Shown: in pieces, positions 35,841 through 45,385 of the stretch
How the letters are laid out: every line of letters begins with the position of its first letter
Numbering within the stretch: the first letter of the stretch is position 1
From: Escherichia phage AV118
Reading direction: 5' to 3' (one strand)
DNA length: 64,000 nt
Sequence record: OR352948.1
Program-made: the position numbers and the translations under genes
Notes under the pieces: model-generated
The model's database searches: none
What the model saw: only the letters and a program-made list of their open reading frames with translations
What the model was told of the DNA's origin: nothing

Positions 35841-37510
35841 TGATGAGTGATATCGCCACCGATTGGACGATAGGAAACACCAGTTTCTTTATCAGTTAGT
35901 ACCCATTTACCAGGATTTTTTGTAATCAGAGTAGCCGTTACAGGTTCTGCTACGTCATAACTAATAGAGCCGTCTTGAAGTACACGGCCCATATTACGTA
36001 ATTGCTTAGTCAGAAGTTCCATACCTTTATAATATGCGGCTACCGCTTTAAGTGGATTATTCTTGAAATAACCACCTAATGCAATCCAGATAATTGCCAC
36101 TGCCAAATGATGATACTCGTTAAACGAACTCATCTTTCCATATTTGTAAACTAATGGATTGATGTTAATAGTCACATTACAAGTTGTTTCATCAATAGTA
36201 AACTGTCCCCAGGTCGGATTAGCATTGAATTCATCATAACCTGAAACAGCATAAAGCACTTTAGCTTCATCATACAATTTTGGCCCGTAAATCTTGGTTT
36301 CGCCAAAATATCCACGAGGGTCGATAAACTTGACTTCGCCGTTATCAGTAATCATAGTATTACTGAAGTTCGGGTCACCATGAATAACAGAGTACTGTCC
36401 CTGAGAACGGTTATGATAACGAATAAGGTGTTCTAAAGCTTGTTTCAGCATTGGCTTCAGACGTCCAATCTTAGTGTAGTTCACATGTGTGATTTTACCA
36501 AATGAATCAATCAATGGTTGAATGCTTTCACAACGATCAATAACTTTCGTATAGAATTCTTTAGTGAAATCACGACGAACAGTTTCAGGACTTACAAAAT
36601 AAGTGTCTGTGCTGAATTTCAGTGCATCTAAAATTGCATCAACAATTTGTGGACGAGCAAGACTTGATTTGGATTTAATATATTCAAATGCCGGCTTACC
36701 TTTAATGCGTTCCATTTCAAAGTTATTTTCATTAACAGAAACTAACTGAGGAACTGAATCTGATTTCACTTTCAAATACCACGAAATCTCATCTTTCTGA
36801 AGAGCTCGACCCTGTTCGGTTAATGCGAATTTAGTTACAGTTTCTTCACCAATTTCAACTGCATTAAAACTACGATTAAGTTCACGAACTTCATGAGCCT
36901 TTTCAAGTTTAGGCATATCACCAAGGTCGATGATATTCATAAGCTCTGATTTATTGAATGCGCCACTGTAAAGGAATTCTACGAAATCACGTCCTTTGCA
37001 GTATTCATGAATTTCCTCATCAGTAGAACCCATATAGAATTCCCAGTCTTTGAACTGATAAATTCCTACAACATTACCACCTGTTGAACCTACGTTAGTG
37101 ATATTTTCACCGTCGAAATTATATCGACATTCGTCACCCTTAACATAGATTGCATTAACATTCCAAGACCATGAACCAAAATCGGGAATAATATCACACC
37201 AGTTAACAATTACGTTATGGCCGTCTAAATCTTTGTGTAATTTAGCAAGAGCATAAGCAGAACCATACGCTTCATCAACTGTACGAATAGTCACATTGAA
37301 CCCTTCTTGCTCACAATAAGCTCGAACAGTTTCAGCAAATTTTGAATGAACTACTACAATAATTTCATCTGCGCCAAGGTCAGAATAAATTGTATACAAA
37401 TTGCTCAGAATAGTGTCTTGTTTATAGTTAACAAGCACCTTAGGAATATGATGCGTTATTGGATACAAACGAGTTGCCAGTCCAGCACCAAGAATAACAG
37501 CTTTTTTCAT
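35825..37510 (-). CDS. Bifunctional sugar-1-kinase (APH/choline-kinase fold) / sugar-1-phosphate nucleotidyltransferase (561 aa)
   Basis: N-terminal nucleotidyltransferase motif AVILGAGLATRL; C-terminal kinase Brenner motif HGDPNFSN and FIDPRG; GAGGA Shine-Dalgarno. Confidence 0.65.
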   Translation of the reverse strand: MKKAVILGAGLATRLYPITHHIPKVLVNYKQDTILSNLYTIYSDLGADEIIVVVHSKFAETVRAYCEQEGFNVTIRTVDEAYGSAYALAKLHKDLDGHNVIVNWCDIIPDFGSWSWNVNAIYVKGDECRYNFDGENITNVGSTGGNVVGIYQFKDWEFYMGSTDEEIHEYCKGRDFVEFLYSGAFNKSELMNIIDLGDMPKLEKAHEVRELNRSFNAVEIGEETVTKFALTEQGRALQKDEISWYLKVKSDSVPQLVSVNENNFEMERIKGKPAFEYIKSKSSLARPQIVDAILDALKFSTDTYFVSPETVRRDFTKEFYTKVIDRCESIQPLIDSFGKITHVNYTKIGRLKPMLKQALEHLIRYHNRSQGQYSVIHGDPNFSNTMITDNGEVKFIDPRGYFGETKIYGPKLYDEAKVLYAVSGYDEFNANPTWGQFTIDETTCNVTININPLVYKYGKMSSFNEYHHLAVAIIWIALGGYFKNNPLKAVAAYYKGMELLTKQLRNMGRVLQDGSISYDVAEPVTATLITKNPGKWVLTDKETGVSYRPIGGDITHQWERI

Positions 37511-37551
37511 GTTGAAGTCCTCATTGGTAAGTAGGAGTATTGTACACTATT

Positions 37552-37695
37552 CTAGTTAAAGCATTCATACTTTGCTTGTAGTCCAATCATAATCCATCCA
37601 ATTACAAGTGTTGGAATCATTACCGGAGCCGTTAAGCTCCAGTAGATAGTCATGACAAGCATCAATAGTAAAAGTCCTATTGTTATTGCTTTCAT
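37552..37695 (-). CDS. Small membrane protein (47 aa), below ORF-track threshold
   Basis: ATG at 37695 overlaps stop of SIS gene (ATGA); translation MKAITIGLLLLMLVMTIYWSLTAPVMIPTLVIGWIMIGLQAKYECFN. Confidence 0.35.
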   Translation of the reverse strand: MKAITIGLLLLMLVMTIYWSLTAPVMIPTLVIGWIMIGLQAKYECFN

Positions 37696-38327
37696 TGTTC
37701 GCCTCGTAACATGGCACCTAGTGCACCGCCTGGATGGAACTTAAGGAAATCATTAGAGGTAAATCCACGTTCAGACGAAAGGTTGATAGCAAACGTATCG
37801 ATAAGCGCTAACAACAATGTAGTGGACATTGTCGGAGCTAAAGAGTTCTCGTCAACTTCTACCGCGATACCAGTACAGAACGTATAATCAAAAAGAGCTT
37901 CGTATTCTTGTGGAATGTCAGGGTTACAATGTAACAGAATCTGTTTAACCTGAGGACGAATCATACGAAGATGTTTAGCAACACCTATCATTTCTTCAGT
38001 CTTACCAGAACGACTGATGTGAACTAATACATCATTAGGTGCAATAAATCCTGCGTCACCATGAGAATAATGCCCAGTGTTCAAGTACATACTTGGGATA
38101 CCGAGTGAAGCAAAAGTCTCGGAAGCTTTAGTTGCGATATTAGCGTTCTTACCAACACCTGTAATAATTACCCGGCTTTCATAATTACTAAGTCCAGGGC
38201 GTCGAAGAGTTTCTAGAATAGCGTTATAACGAGCAGGGTTTTGACTAATTACTTTAGCCATAGTGGCAAGAGATGAAGCTTGTTTTACGATTGCGTCAAT
38301 AGCGATAGTGATTGGTGTAGTTTTCAT
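37692..38327 (-). CDS. SIS-domain sugar-phosphate isomerase, arabinose-5-phosphate isomerase (KdsD/GutQ/KpsF)-like (211 aa)
   Basis: SIS motifs GVGKNANIATKASETFASLGIPS...HGDAGF...HISRSGKTEE closely follow the KdsD pattern. Confidence 0.7.
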   Translation of the reverse strand: MKTTPITIAIDAIVKQASSLATMAKVISQNPARYNAILETLRRPGLSNYESRVIITGVGKNANIATKASETFASLGIPSMYLNTGHYSHGDAGFIAPNDVLVHISRSGKTEEMIGVAKHLRMIRPQVKQILLHCNPDIPQEYEALFDYTFCTGIAVEVDENSLAPTMSTTLLLALIDTFAINLSSERGFTSNDFLKFHPGGALGAMLRGEQ

Positions 38328-38367
38328 ATTTCTCTCATTTAATTAGTTGGCCGTCCTTGGCATTATA

Positions 38368-41079
38368 TCAAAAATCAAACATATCGAACAGAGATGCTTT
38401 CTTCTCGTAATCGAGTTTAGCTGCTGATGTGAATCCTTCAAGTGGTTTAATAAATGTCTTCTCAAGGAGAACAGTGTAGTCCATCCAATGAAGTACATCG
38501 TCTTTAATTAAATCTGTGATTTCAGTACCAGAAGGCCATGCGATACATTTATCACCGAATGGGTTTCCTTCACGTAAAGGCAGAACATATACTTTTTCAC
38601 CTTCTACAACTTGCGGTGCATCGATATTACCTTTGATAGCCCGGTTATACGTCAGAATTCCACGAATATGGAACGGGCATTTAGGACCAGGGAATCCACC
38701 GACATCATATTTAGCAATGTTATTCGCAGAAGATACCGACGCGATGCTAATATAATTCAATTGACGGAATTCTTTTTCAAACTCTTTAAAATATTCTTGT
38801 AATGATTCTTCACCTTCTTGAAGCATACGACGAATACATTCTTTAAGAGCTTTCTGTACTGCTTTAGGGGTCGAAGATTTCTGAGTCTCTAGACCCATGA
38901 TTTTGAGTTTAGGCTCAGCGTAACGAGTGCCTTCCATATCCCACACGTTTAATGCATAACGTTTCTTACCAGTCCAGAATCCACCAATACCTTTAGAACC
39001 GAGCGGAGGACCAGCGATAGCTTCTCGGTCCATGAACATTAAGTGTTGTTTATTGTTCATGTATTCACACATTTCACGGAAACCTCTATCAATAGCTGGT
39101 TCCATACGTTCACGTGCAAACTTATCTAAGAAGTCTACCCAATGGTTGGTATCACGGAATTTAGATTCACCAACCTTATCGATAATTTTATCAGCAGATA
39201 CGTAAATAGAGTCTGTATCACCATAAAGAACGAAAGCTTTACCTTCTGTACCACAAACTTCATTCAGATATTCATTAACTTTACGTTCAATCCACTGTAA
39301 AGCCATTTGCCCGAATGTTGTGATTGCAGTAGCATTACGCAAATCATAATAACGGAACCAAACGTTGCCAAGTGCACCATAAAGTGAGTTGATAAGCAAT
39401 TTACGGTTAATTTGTGCAGTCATACCTGCAACTTCAGTACGTTGAGCTCTAAACAACATTTCATTAAGAGATTTAGCAGACAACTTTTTAATCTTTTCTT
39501 TAATCTCATCACTGAAGTCGAAACGATAATCAACATCTAATGGTTCGTCAATAGAAAGATTAGGATTATGCAATGCCTCTTTAATTATTTCACCATTACG
39601 TTGAGCTGCAAGCATGTAACCTTTATGTTCTTTACGTTGATTAAAGACCTTAGTGATTTCAGTTGGAACTACACCATCACGGTCTTTATAATACATCATG
39701 CCGTTAGGAGAGCAACTGTACACATCTGAAGGACGTTCAGCGATTGCGTTAATATAATCATGCAATGGAGCTACTTTAAACGTTCCTGCTATTGTTTCCG
39801 GGCTAATATTCACTTGGCGAATAATACTTGGATACAGAGATGTAAGGTCGAAACTCATTACATATTTGTATCGATTTGGAATAGGTTCCTTAACAAAAGC
39901 GCCAGGATAAGGTTGAACCGGGTGAGAACGACCTTGTGGAATCACCTTGTTTTGTTCTTTAAGGCTATTAAAAATAATAGCATCCCAAGTTTTAATTGGA
40001 CTGAACACAGATTGAATCTGAATTTTAGCATAATAACCCATGTCCAAGCTCAAGTTGATGAACTGACGCTTAGAATCAATTTGCAATACACGATACACGT
40101 CGATAATGTTATAAGAAATATATCGTTGGTGATTGCTTTCACGAAGCTTAGAAATAGGGCCGTCATATTTCAGTTTACCAACGTTCAATTCAAATTCTGA
40201 AATGTAATCCAGAGAATACGACGGTTGATTGGTAAAAGAGAATTTTTTGTAAAGGTCAATGTAATCAAGAACAGAGATACCGAACAATGTAATGATTTCA
40301 CGAGAACCATACATGTTTTCGATAACTTTAACACGAGTTTTACGATGTGGCGATAAACGTTTCGCAGTAGATTCGCCAAAAATATTCTTGATTCGGTTAT
40401 ACACATATGGAATATCAAATGACTCAACGTTCCATCCGGTTAAAATGACAGGAGTTTTCTGTTGCCAGAAATTGAGATATTCCATCAATAATTCTTTTTC
40501 ATTATCAAACGGCATATAAACAATTTTGTCGATAATTTCGGATGGAACTTCATCACCACCTTGTTCTTGAAGCTTAGCCGCAATTTCGATAGACCATTCT
40601 TCTACATTGCCGTATGGAGAATTCAAAAGGTCAAATACGTAGAACCTGTCGTCAATTGAGTCATAATGGGTGATAGCATCAATCGGATGTTTTGCTTGTG
40701 ACGGCTCAGGGAACCCGTCCGGAGATGTTACTTCGATGTCGAAGTTAGCCACACGAATTTTTGTATGGTCGTATTTGATTTCATAGTTATAAGTGTCAGA
40801 CAAATACGCCAATTTGAAATCGTCCATGCCAAGTGCTTCAAGTCCGATATCTTCCATGCGTTTAATCCATTGGGAGGCATCACGCATATTAGCGAACAAC
40901 TTACGAGTACACGGCTTACCGTAGATATCGAAATATTTCGTAGCCTGACTTTCCGGACAATGAGCAAACAGTGATGGTTTATATTCTACTTCACGAGTAC
41001 GTTCACGGCCATTAGAATCGATGTAACGTTCAAAAATTGAATCACCAATCTGTTCAACCGTTAAGTAAAATTCTTTCAT
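38368..41079 (-). CDS. 43: DNA polymerase gp43 (family B, 903 aa)
   Basis: Exo motifs (FDIE), Pol motifs (DxxSLYPS, YGDTDS); size as T4 gp43. Confidence 0.95.
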   Translation of the reverse strand: MKEFYLTVEQIGDSIFERYIDSNGRERTREVEYKPSLFAHCPESQATKYFDIYGKPCTRKLFANMRDASQWIKRMEDIGLEALGMDDFKLAYLSDTYNYEIKYDHTKIRVANFDIEVTSPDGFPEPSQAKHPIDAITHYDSIDDRFYVFDLLNSPYGNVEEWSIEIAAKLQEQGGDEVPSEIIDKIVYMPFDNEKELLMEYLNFWQQKTPVILTGWNVESFDIPYVYNRIKNIFGESTAKRLSPHRKTRVKVIENMYGSREIITLFGISVLDYIDLYKKFSFTNQPSYSLDYISEFELNVGKLKYDGPISKLRESNHQRYISYNIIDVYRVLQIDSKRQFINLSLDMGYYAKIQIQSVFSPIKTWDAIIFNSLKEQNKVIPQGRSHPVQPYPGAFVKEPIPNRYKYVMSFDLTSLYPSIIRQVNISPETIAGTFKVAPLHDYINAIAERPSDVYSCSPNGMMYYKDRDGVVPTEITKVFNQRKEHKGYMLAAQRNGEIIKEALHNPNLSIDEPLDVDYRFDFSDEIKEKIKKLSAKSLNEMLFRAQRTEVAGMTAQINRKLLINSLYGALGNVWFRYYDLRNATAITTFGQMALQWIERKVNEYLNEVCGTEGKAFVLYGDTDSIYVSADKIIDKVGESKFRDTNHWVDFLDKFARERMEPAIDRGFREMCEYMNNKQHLMFMDREAIAGPPLGSKGIGGFWTGKKRYALNVWDMEGTRYAEPKLKIMGLETQKSSTPKAVQKALKECIRRMLQEGEESLQEYFKEFEKEFRQLNYISIASVSSANNIAKYDVGGFPGPKCPFHIRGILTYNRAIKGNIDAPQVVEGEKVYVLPLREGNPFGDKCIAWPSGTEITDLIKDDVLHWMDYTVLLEKTFIKPLEGFTSAAKLDYEKKASLFDMFDF

Positions 41080-41137
41080 TTAATTTCCTTTAGACGAGTT
41101 ATTGTCTTTTGTTTGTTGATGAACTTATTATACTCCA

Positions 41138-41157
41138 AATGGGACCGAAGTCCCATT
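41138..41157 (-). terminator. C(UUCG)G hairpin between regA and gene 43 (terminator or mRNA-stabilising stem-loop)
   Basis: Plus aatgggac-cgaa-gtcccatt. Confidence 0.4.
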
Positions 41158-41160
41158 GCT

Positions 41161-41538
41161 TTAATTACCAATTGTATATTTTGCTTTCAAAGTCCAGTCA
41201 TCTTTCTGTTTAAAAGAGATAACACGGAAGTTATTAGTAAGGCCAAATAGATCTTCACGAGCAGAGTCTTCAATAACAATCAATCCCCAGTCTTCAAGCA
41301 ACTGGGCAATCGAATCACGTCGCTGATAGTCTTCACCGTCAATATCAACCTGACGTCCATCCATACGCAGCATTTCTTTAAAGTGGACGATGTAGTATTT
41401 ACCTTGCTTTTGGAGGATATGACAGGACTGATAAAGGACTTTATCCTTGTTATTAGCGATGCCCATACGGGTCAGAGTCTCTTTGACTTTCAGAAAATCT
41501 TCAGGGTTCTTCAATTTAATTTCAATCATTTTTACCAT
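41161..41538 (-). CDS. regA: Translational repressor RegA (125 aa)
   Basis: [41 protein letters not shown] matches T4 RegA pattern. Confidence 0.85.
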   Translation of the reverse strand: MVKMIEIKLKNPEDFLKVKETLTRMGIANNKDKVLYQSCHILQKQGKYYIVHFKEMLRMDGRQVDIDGEDYQRRDSIAQLLEDWGLIVIEDSAREDLFGLTNNFRVISFKQKDDWTLKAKYTIGN

Positions 41539-42095
41539 TCCAATGCTAATTTTTTAAATTGTTTTTGTTCTTTCACATTTTTTGTAACTTCTTTGAGAAA
41601 CTCATCAGTGACCATGGCCTTCAGTTCTTTAAGGACTATTGGCAGCTTGTTATTTTTTTCAAGGAGCCGTTTATACTCGGTGGCATCATTCATGTTGATT
41701 GTGTAATGTTTCATCAACAATTTGATAACTAGTAACTCTGAAGTGTCTTCGACTAGTTTAGCCCATTTAGAGAATCGTCGGCCACGTGGAATTGCCGCCA
41801 TCATATAGTTGAAGTGCGCTTCATCACTTAATTCAGAACCGACTAAGTTCATCATGTAAACAGCTGGCATACATTCCTGGAACTGGGATAATGAGTTCTC
41901 AACCATAAATTTTGAGTAGTCGACCTGAGCAATTGACATAGATTTCTTTTCATTAATAGCATTAATGATTTTAAAGAATTCGTTCTCAGGTTTTTCTTTA
42001 AACATGTCAGCACATTTTTGAATCGCATCAGCGTCATTAGACTTCCATGCAATTTGGTGCTCGTTAAGTTGGACGTCATCATCAAATAAGTTCAT
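41532..42095 (-). CDS. 62: Clamp-loader small subunit gp62 (187 aa)
   Basis: Size and position between regA and 44. Confidence 0.75.
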   Translation of the reverse strand: MNLFDDDVQLNEHQIAWKSNDADAIQKCADMFKEKPENEFFKIINAINEKKSMSIAQVDYSKFMVENSLSQFQECMPAVYMMNLVGSELSDEAHFNYMMAAIPRGRRFSKWAKLVEDTSELLVIKLLMKHYTINMNDATEYKRLLEKNNKLPIVLKELKAMVTDEFLKEVTKNVKEQKQFKKLALEW

Positions 42096-42096
42096 A

Positions 42097-43059
42097 TTAT
42101 TTCCAAGTCAGTTCGCAGGTCAGTTGAAGAAGCATATACATAACATGTAATTCAATATTACTTGCTAATCCATGAAACTTATTATTTTCGCCTGCAATTT
42201 CATAAAGCGAAATAATACTTTTACCTGGTGCAACTTGGTCATAACATTCTGAAACTAATTTATCGATGAACCATGAATAATCTGCAGCATATTTTGGAGC
42301 TAATGCACGAAGTTGTTTGATATCTTTGTTCTTCATTGCTTCTATGACATCATCTACCGTGCCACGGTCATTAGTTACGATAGACAAAATACCCGCATCA
42401 AGAACACCTTTAGACGAGTACTGGTCTAATTGACCAATTGTACGACGAAAGTCCGGGAAGTTCTTTTTAACCAGAGCTGCAACAACTTTCATATCAGCGA
42501 TTTCGATATTTTCGTTCTTACAGATTTCAACCATACGATGAATCATTTTCTTCATCATCGAGATTTTATCTTCTTCGGTTGGACGTCCGAATTCGATAAC
42601 TCGACAACGACTACGTAACGGTTCGATAATTCCATCGATGTTGTTAGCAGTAATAATAATAGAACAGTTACTAGAGAATTCTTCCATAAACGTACGAAGG
42701 TGACGTTGTGATTCGGCGAGGCCACTACGGTCAAATTCATCGATAACGATAACTTTCGGCTTGCCTTCCATTGAGACTGAACGAGCGAATGCAGTTAATG
42801 GACCACGCACAAAATCAATCTTACAATCAGAACCGTTGACGAACATCATTTCGGCATTAATATCATTACATAATGCTTTTGCTACGGTTGTTTTACCTGT
42901 ACCAGGAGAAGGAGAGTGTAAAATAATATGAGGAAGTTTTCCTTTAGATACTAAAGACTTGAATGTTTCATGGTCATACGCAGGCAGAATACATTCGTCA
43001 ATGGAAGAAGGACGATATTTCTGTTCTAGAATGTGTTCTTTGGAATTGATAGTAATCAT
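42097..43059 (-). CDS. 44: Clamp-loader large subunit gp44 (AAA+, 320 aa)
   Basis: Walker [11 protein letters not shown], Walker [12 protein letters not shown] motif. Confidence 0.9.
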   Translation of the reverse strand: MITINSKEHILEQKYRPSSIDECILPAYDHETFKSLVSKGKLPHIILHSPSPGTGKTTVAKALCNDINAEMMFVNGSDCKIDFVRGPLTAFARSVSMEGKPKVIVIDEFDRSGLAESQRHLRTFMEEFSSNCSIIITANNIDGIIEPLRSRCRVIEFGRPTEEDKISMMKKMIHRMVEICKNENIEIADMKVVAALVKKNFPDFRRTIGQLDQYSSKGVLDAGILSIVTNDRGTVDDVIEAMKNKDIKQLRALAPKYAADYSWFIDKLVSECYDQVAPGKSIISLYEIAGENNKFHGLASNIELHVMYMLLQLTCELTWK

Positions 43060-43104
43060 GTAATTTTCCTCATTATCATTAAACTGGAGGATTTCTCCTC
43101 CATA

Positions 43105-43129
43105 ATCGTATCACAATAAACGTAAAGCT
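43105..43129 (-). promoter_or_regulatory. Candidate MotA-dependent middle promoter for gene 44 (AGCTTTA box, 12 nt, TACGAT); adjacent GGAGGA/TCCTCC hairpin at 43086-43101
   Basis: Read on minus strand. Confidence 0.3.
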
Positions 43130-43134
43130 TTGAC

Positions 43135-43821
43135 TTAGAAGTCGTGAGTAGAATCGGCTTCCATCGCAATAACATAACTTACTTGAGAGCTTTCAAACTT
43201 GGCTGCAACTTTATCACCAGCTCCCCACAACATTACTTTATAGTTACCTGGCTGGATTTTCATATTAGCCATATTGATTACGAAGTTAAAGTTGTTAGAA
43301 CCATCATAATCGGTAAGAGTCAAAGAATACTTAGGACGAGTTAGTCCTGAATCTTCAACTTTATTATAGCCATTGATAACAATTTTACCATCTTTATTTG
43401 TAATAGCAATTGTATCAATCTGAAGACCACGTGAAACTCGAAGCAATTGTTGAAGGTCTTCAGCTTTAATTTCAGTAATCACAGAAGCTACTGGGAATTG
43501 AATTGGCTTATTAGGAAAAACAATTGTGCTCTTGTCAGCGGCAGGCCAATAAACTGTGGAACGTGTATCTGCAATTTTAATATTGCCATCAGTGTGCATT
43601 GAAATTTCAGCATCATCAGACACTAGACTCAAAATGCTTAAGAAGCTATTCAAATCATAAAGTGCTACGTCAAAATCAATTTCATCAGAGATATTTGCTT
43701 CCGCATAAGTGGTGCCATTAACTGCACGAGTCATAATAAATTTACCTTGACTCAGCAGAATGCCAGAGTTAATAGAAGCGAAGTTTTTCAGAATATTTAC
43801 GGTTTCACGGCTAAGTTTCAT
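43135..43821 (-). CDS. 45: Sliding clamp gp45 (228 aa)
   Basis: Size identical to T4 gp45; MKLS...NFASINSGILL N-terminus. Confidence 0.85.
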   Translation of the reverse strand: MKLSRETVNILKNFASINSGILLSQGKFIMTRAVNGTTYAEANISDEIDFDVALYDLNSFLSILSLVSDDAEISMHTDGNIKIADTRSTVYWPAADKSTIVFPNKPIQFPVASVITEIKAEDLQQLLRVSRGLQIDTIAITNKDGKIVINGYNKVEDSGLTRPKYSLTLTDYDGSNNFNFVINMANMKIQPGNYKVMLWGAGDKVAAKFESSQVSYVIAMEADSTHDF

Positions 43822-44708
43822 TTAGGTTTCCTATTAGCATAATAATTTGTCCAAGACCGGATAGCACCTTGGTATGATTCATCATTAAAACCATGCTGAA
43901 TTGCATGTTTTCTAAATGTAATATAACTTGGTTTTCCTAAAGCAATCCACAATTCCTTTAATTTTTGTTCATGAAATATCCATGTACCTCTAGCTTTAGA
44001 TTTTCTGAATTTATCCTTAAATTCTTTGGTTGCATTTCTTTTCGAAGCTGCGATAGAGGCCTTTGCTCTATTTTCAGGTTTAGACCAATACAATGTTTTA
44101 GATATTTTTATTTTATCTTTAACATTAGGAGAATTCATTATATCTTTAAATTTTAAAGCAAAATCTCTATCGCTAAACATTTTTTTAGAAAGAATAGAAA
44201 CTTTCTCTCTTCGTTCTTTGGTCCAATATGTTTTTTGAAATTCTCTAATTGCGTTTAAATGATTCTCCGACAATTTGCAATTTTTTCTAACACCGACGTA
44301 ATCTTCGTTTATTTCGTTTTTAGAAAGTTTTACTATTTTGCCTGTTTTTAAATTTTTATACGGTGCATATCCTTTAGCTGATATTCTAGACTTCTCGTTA
44401 GCATAAGCCTTATTAAAATATTTTTCATTTGAAACGGCTTTAACATTGAGTTGGAATAGTCTTTCTATTCTTCTAGGGTCTAATGTGGTTTCGCCTAAAA
44501 TTTTTACAGAATATTCGCCTTGGTCTATTAATCTGGTATATAAAGGAGAATACGAGGAATTAACACTACCGGTATATATTTTACCGGTAGAATCTTCAAT
44601 AATATCCTTTCCATTAAAATGACACGAAACTTTAGAACCTATATAATAACACGGGTATTCATTTTTAATCTCACGATTATAAAAGGTTATAAGATATATT
44701 AAATTCAT
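43818..44708 (-). CDS. GIY-YIG (Seg-like) homing endonuclease (296 aa from ATG at 44708)
   Basis: N-terminal LIYLITFYN...YYIGSK GIY-YIG motif; basic C-terminal DNA-binding region; inserted between rpbA and 45; weak Shine-Dalgarno. Confidence 0.55.
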   Translation of the reverse strand: MNLIYLITFYNREIKNEYPCYYIGSKVSCHFNGKDIIEDSTGKIYTGSVNSSYSPLYTRLIDQGEYSVKILGETTLDPRRIERLFQLNVKAVSNEKYFNKAYANEKSRISAKGYAPYKNLKTGKIVKLSKNEINEDYVGVRKNCKLSENHLNAIREFQKTYWTKERREKVSILSKKMFSDRDFALKFKDIMNSPNVKDKIKISKTLYWSKPENRAKASIAASKRNATKEFKDKFRKSKARGTWIFHEQKLKELWIALGKPSYITFRKHAIQHGFNDESYQGAIRSWTNYYANRKPK

Positions 44709-44713
44709 AATTA

Positions 44714-45130
44714 TCAAGCAGCAACCATCTGCTTTTTAATAGTTTCAGGCAGTGATTCAATATATTCTGGAATTTTAGAAGCAACAATTTCGCCAGCTGC
44801 AATTAGTTGTTCGTCGGCATCAACACAGTAGGAATCTTCCAGACGCTCAGAACCGTCTTTATCAAGAACGATTTTTGCGCCAGCTTCAATAGAATCGTTA
44901 TAGTGCTTACGCATCAGATGAATCCACATATCAGATACATCGTTATCAATAAAACCATAAATCATAAAACGAGTTTCTTGTGGCAAAGATTGGAGTTTTT
45001 TAGCACTTGCGTCATCACAATGCAGGACCCATGCTTTACGAACACGATTATGGTTATGTGGGTTAGCGTCAGTACGGATAGAAGTAACTTTCAGATCAGC
45101 AGCAGTGAAACCTTTAGCAGTAGTAAACAT
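44714..45130 (-). CDS. RpbA-like RNA polymerase binding protein (138 aa)
   Basis: Position between 46 and 45 as in T4; size near T4 RpbA. Confidence 0.45.
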   Translation of the reverse strand: MFTTAKGFTAADLKVTSIRTDANPHNHNRVRKAWVLHCDDASAKKLQSLPQETRFMIYGFIDNDVSDMWIHLMRKHYNDSIEAGAKIVLDKDGSERLEDSYCVDADEQLIAAGEIVASKIPEYIESLPETIKKQMVAA

Positions 45131-45142
45131 ATTATTTCTCTC

Positions 45143-45343
45143 TTATTCGTAGAAGTCGGTAACTGTCCATGCAGAATTGCGATTAGACATTATTTTATTA
45201 TACTCGTCTTTAAAAGCAGATTTGAGCATTTGTTCAGTAACAATATGTTCTTCACCTGAAAACGTATTGGTCAGAACATATTTTTTAATTTCAGGGACAA
45301 CAAGAAGATGTTGTCCGGTTGAATACTCCATGTTGTTCTCCAT
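45143..45343 (-). CDS. hypothetical protein (66 aa)
   Basis: Minus-strand ORF. Confidence 0.4.
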   Translation of the reverse strand: MENNMEYSTGQHLLVVPEIKKYVLTNTFSGEEHIVTEQMLKSAFKDEYNKIMSNRNSAWTVTDFYE

Positions 45344-45385
45344 TTAATTTGATGTGGTCATTATAACCACATCGTGTTAAAGCGT

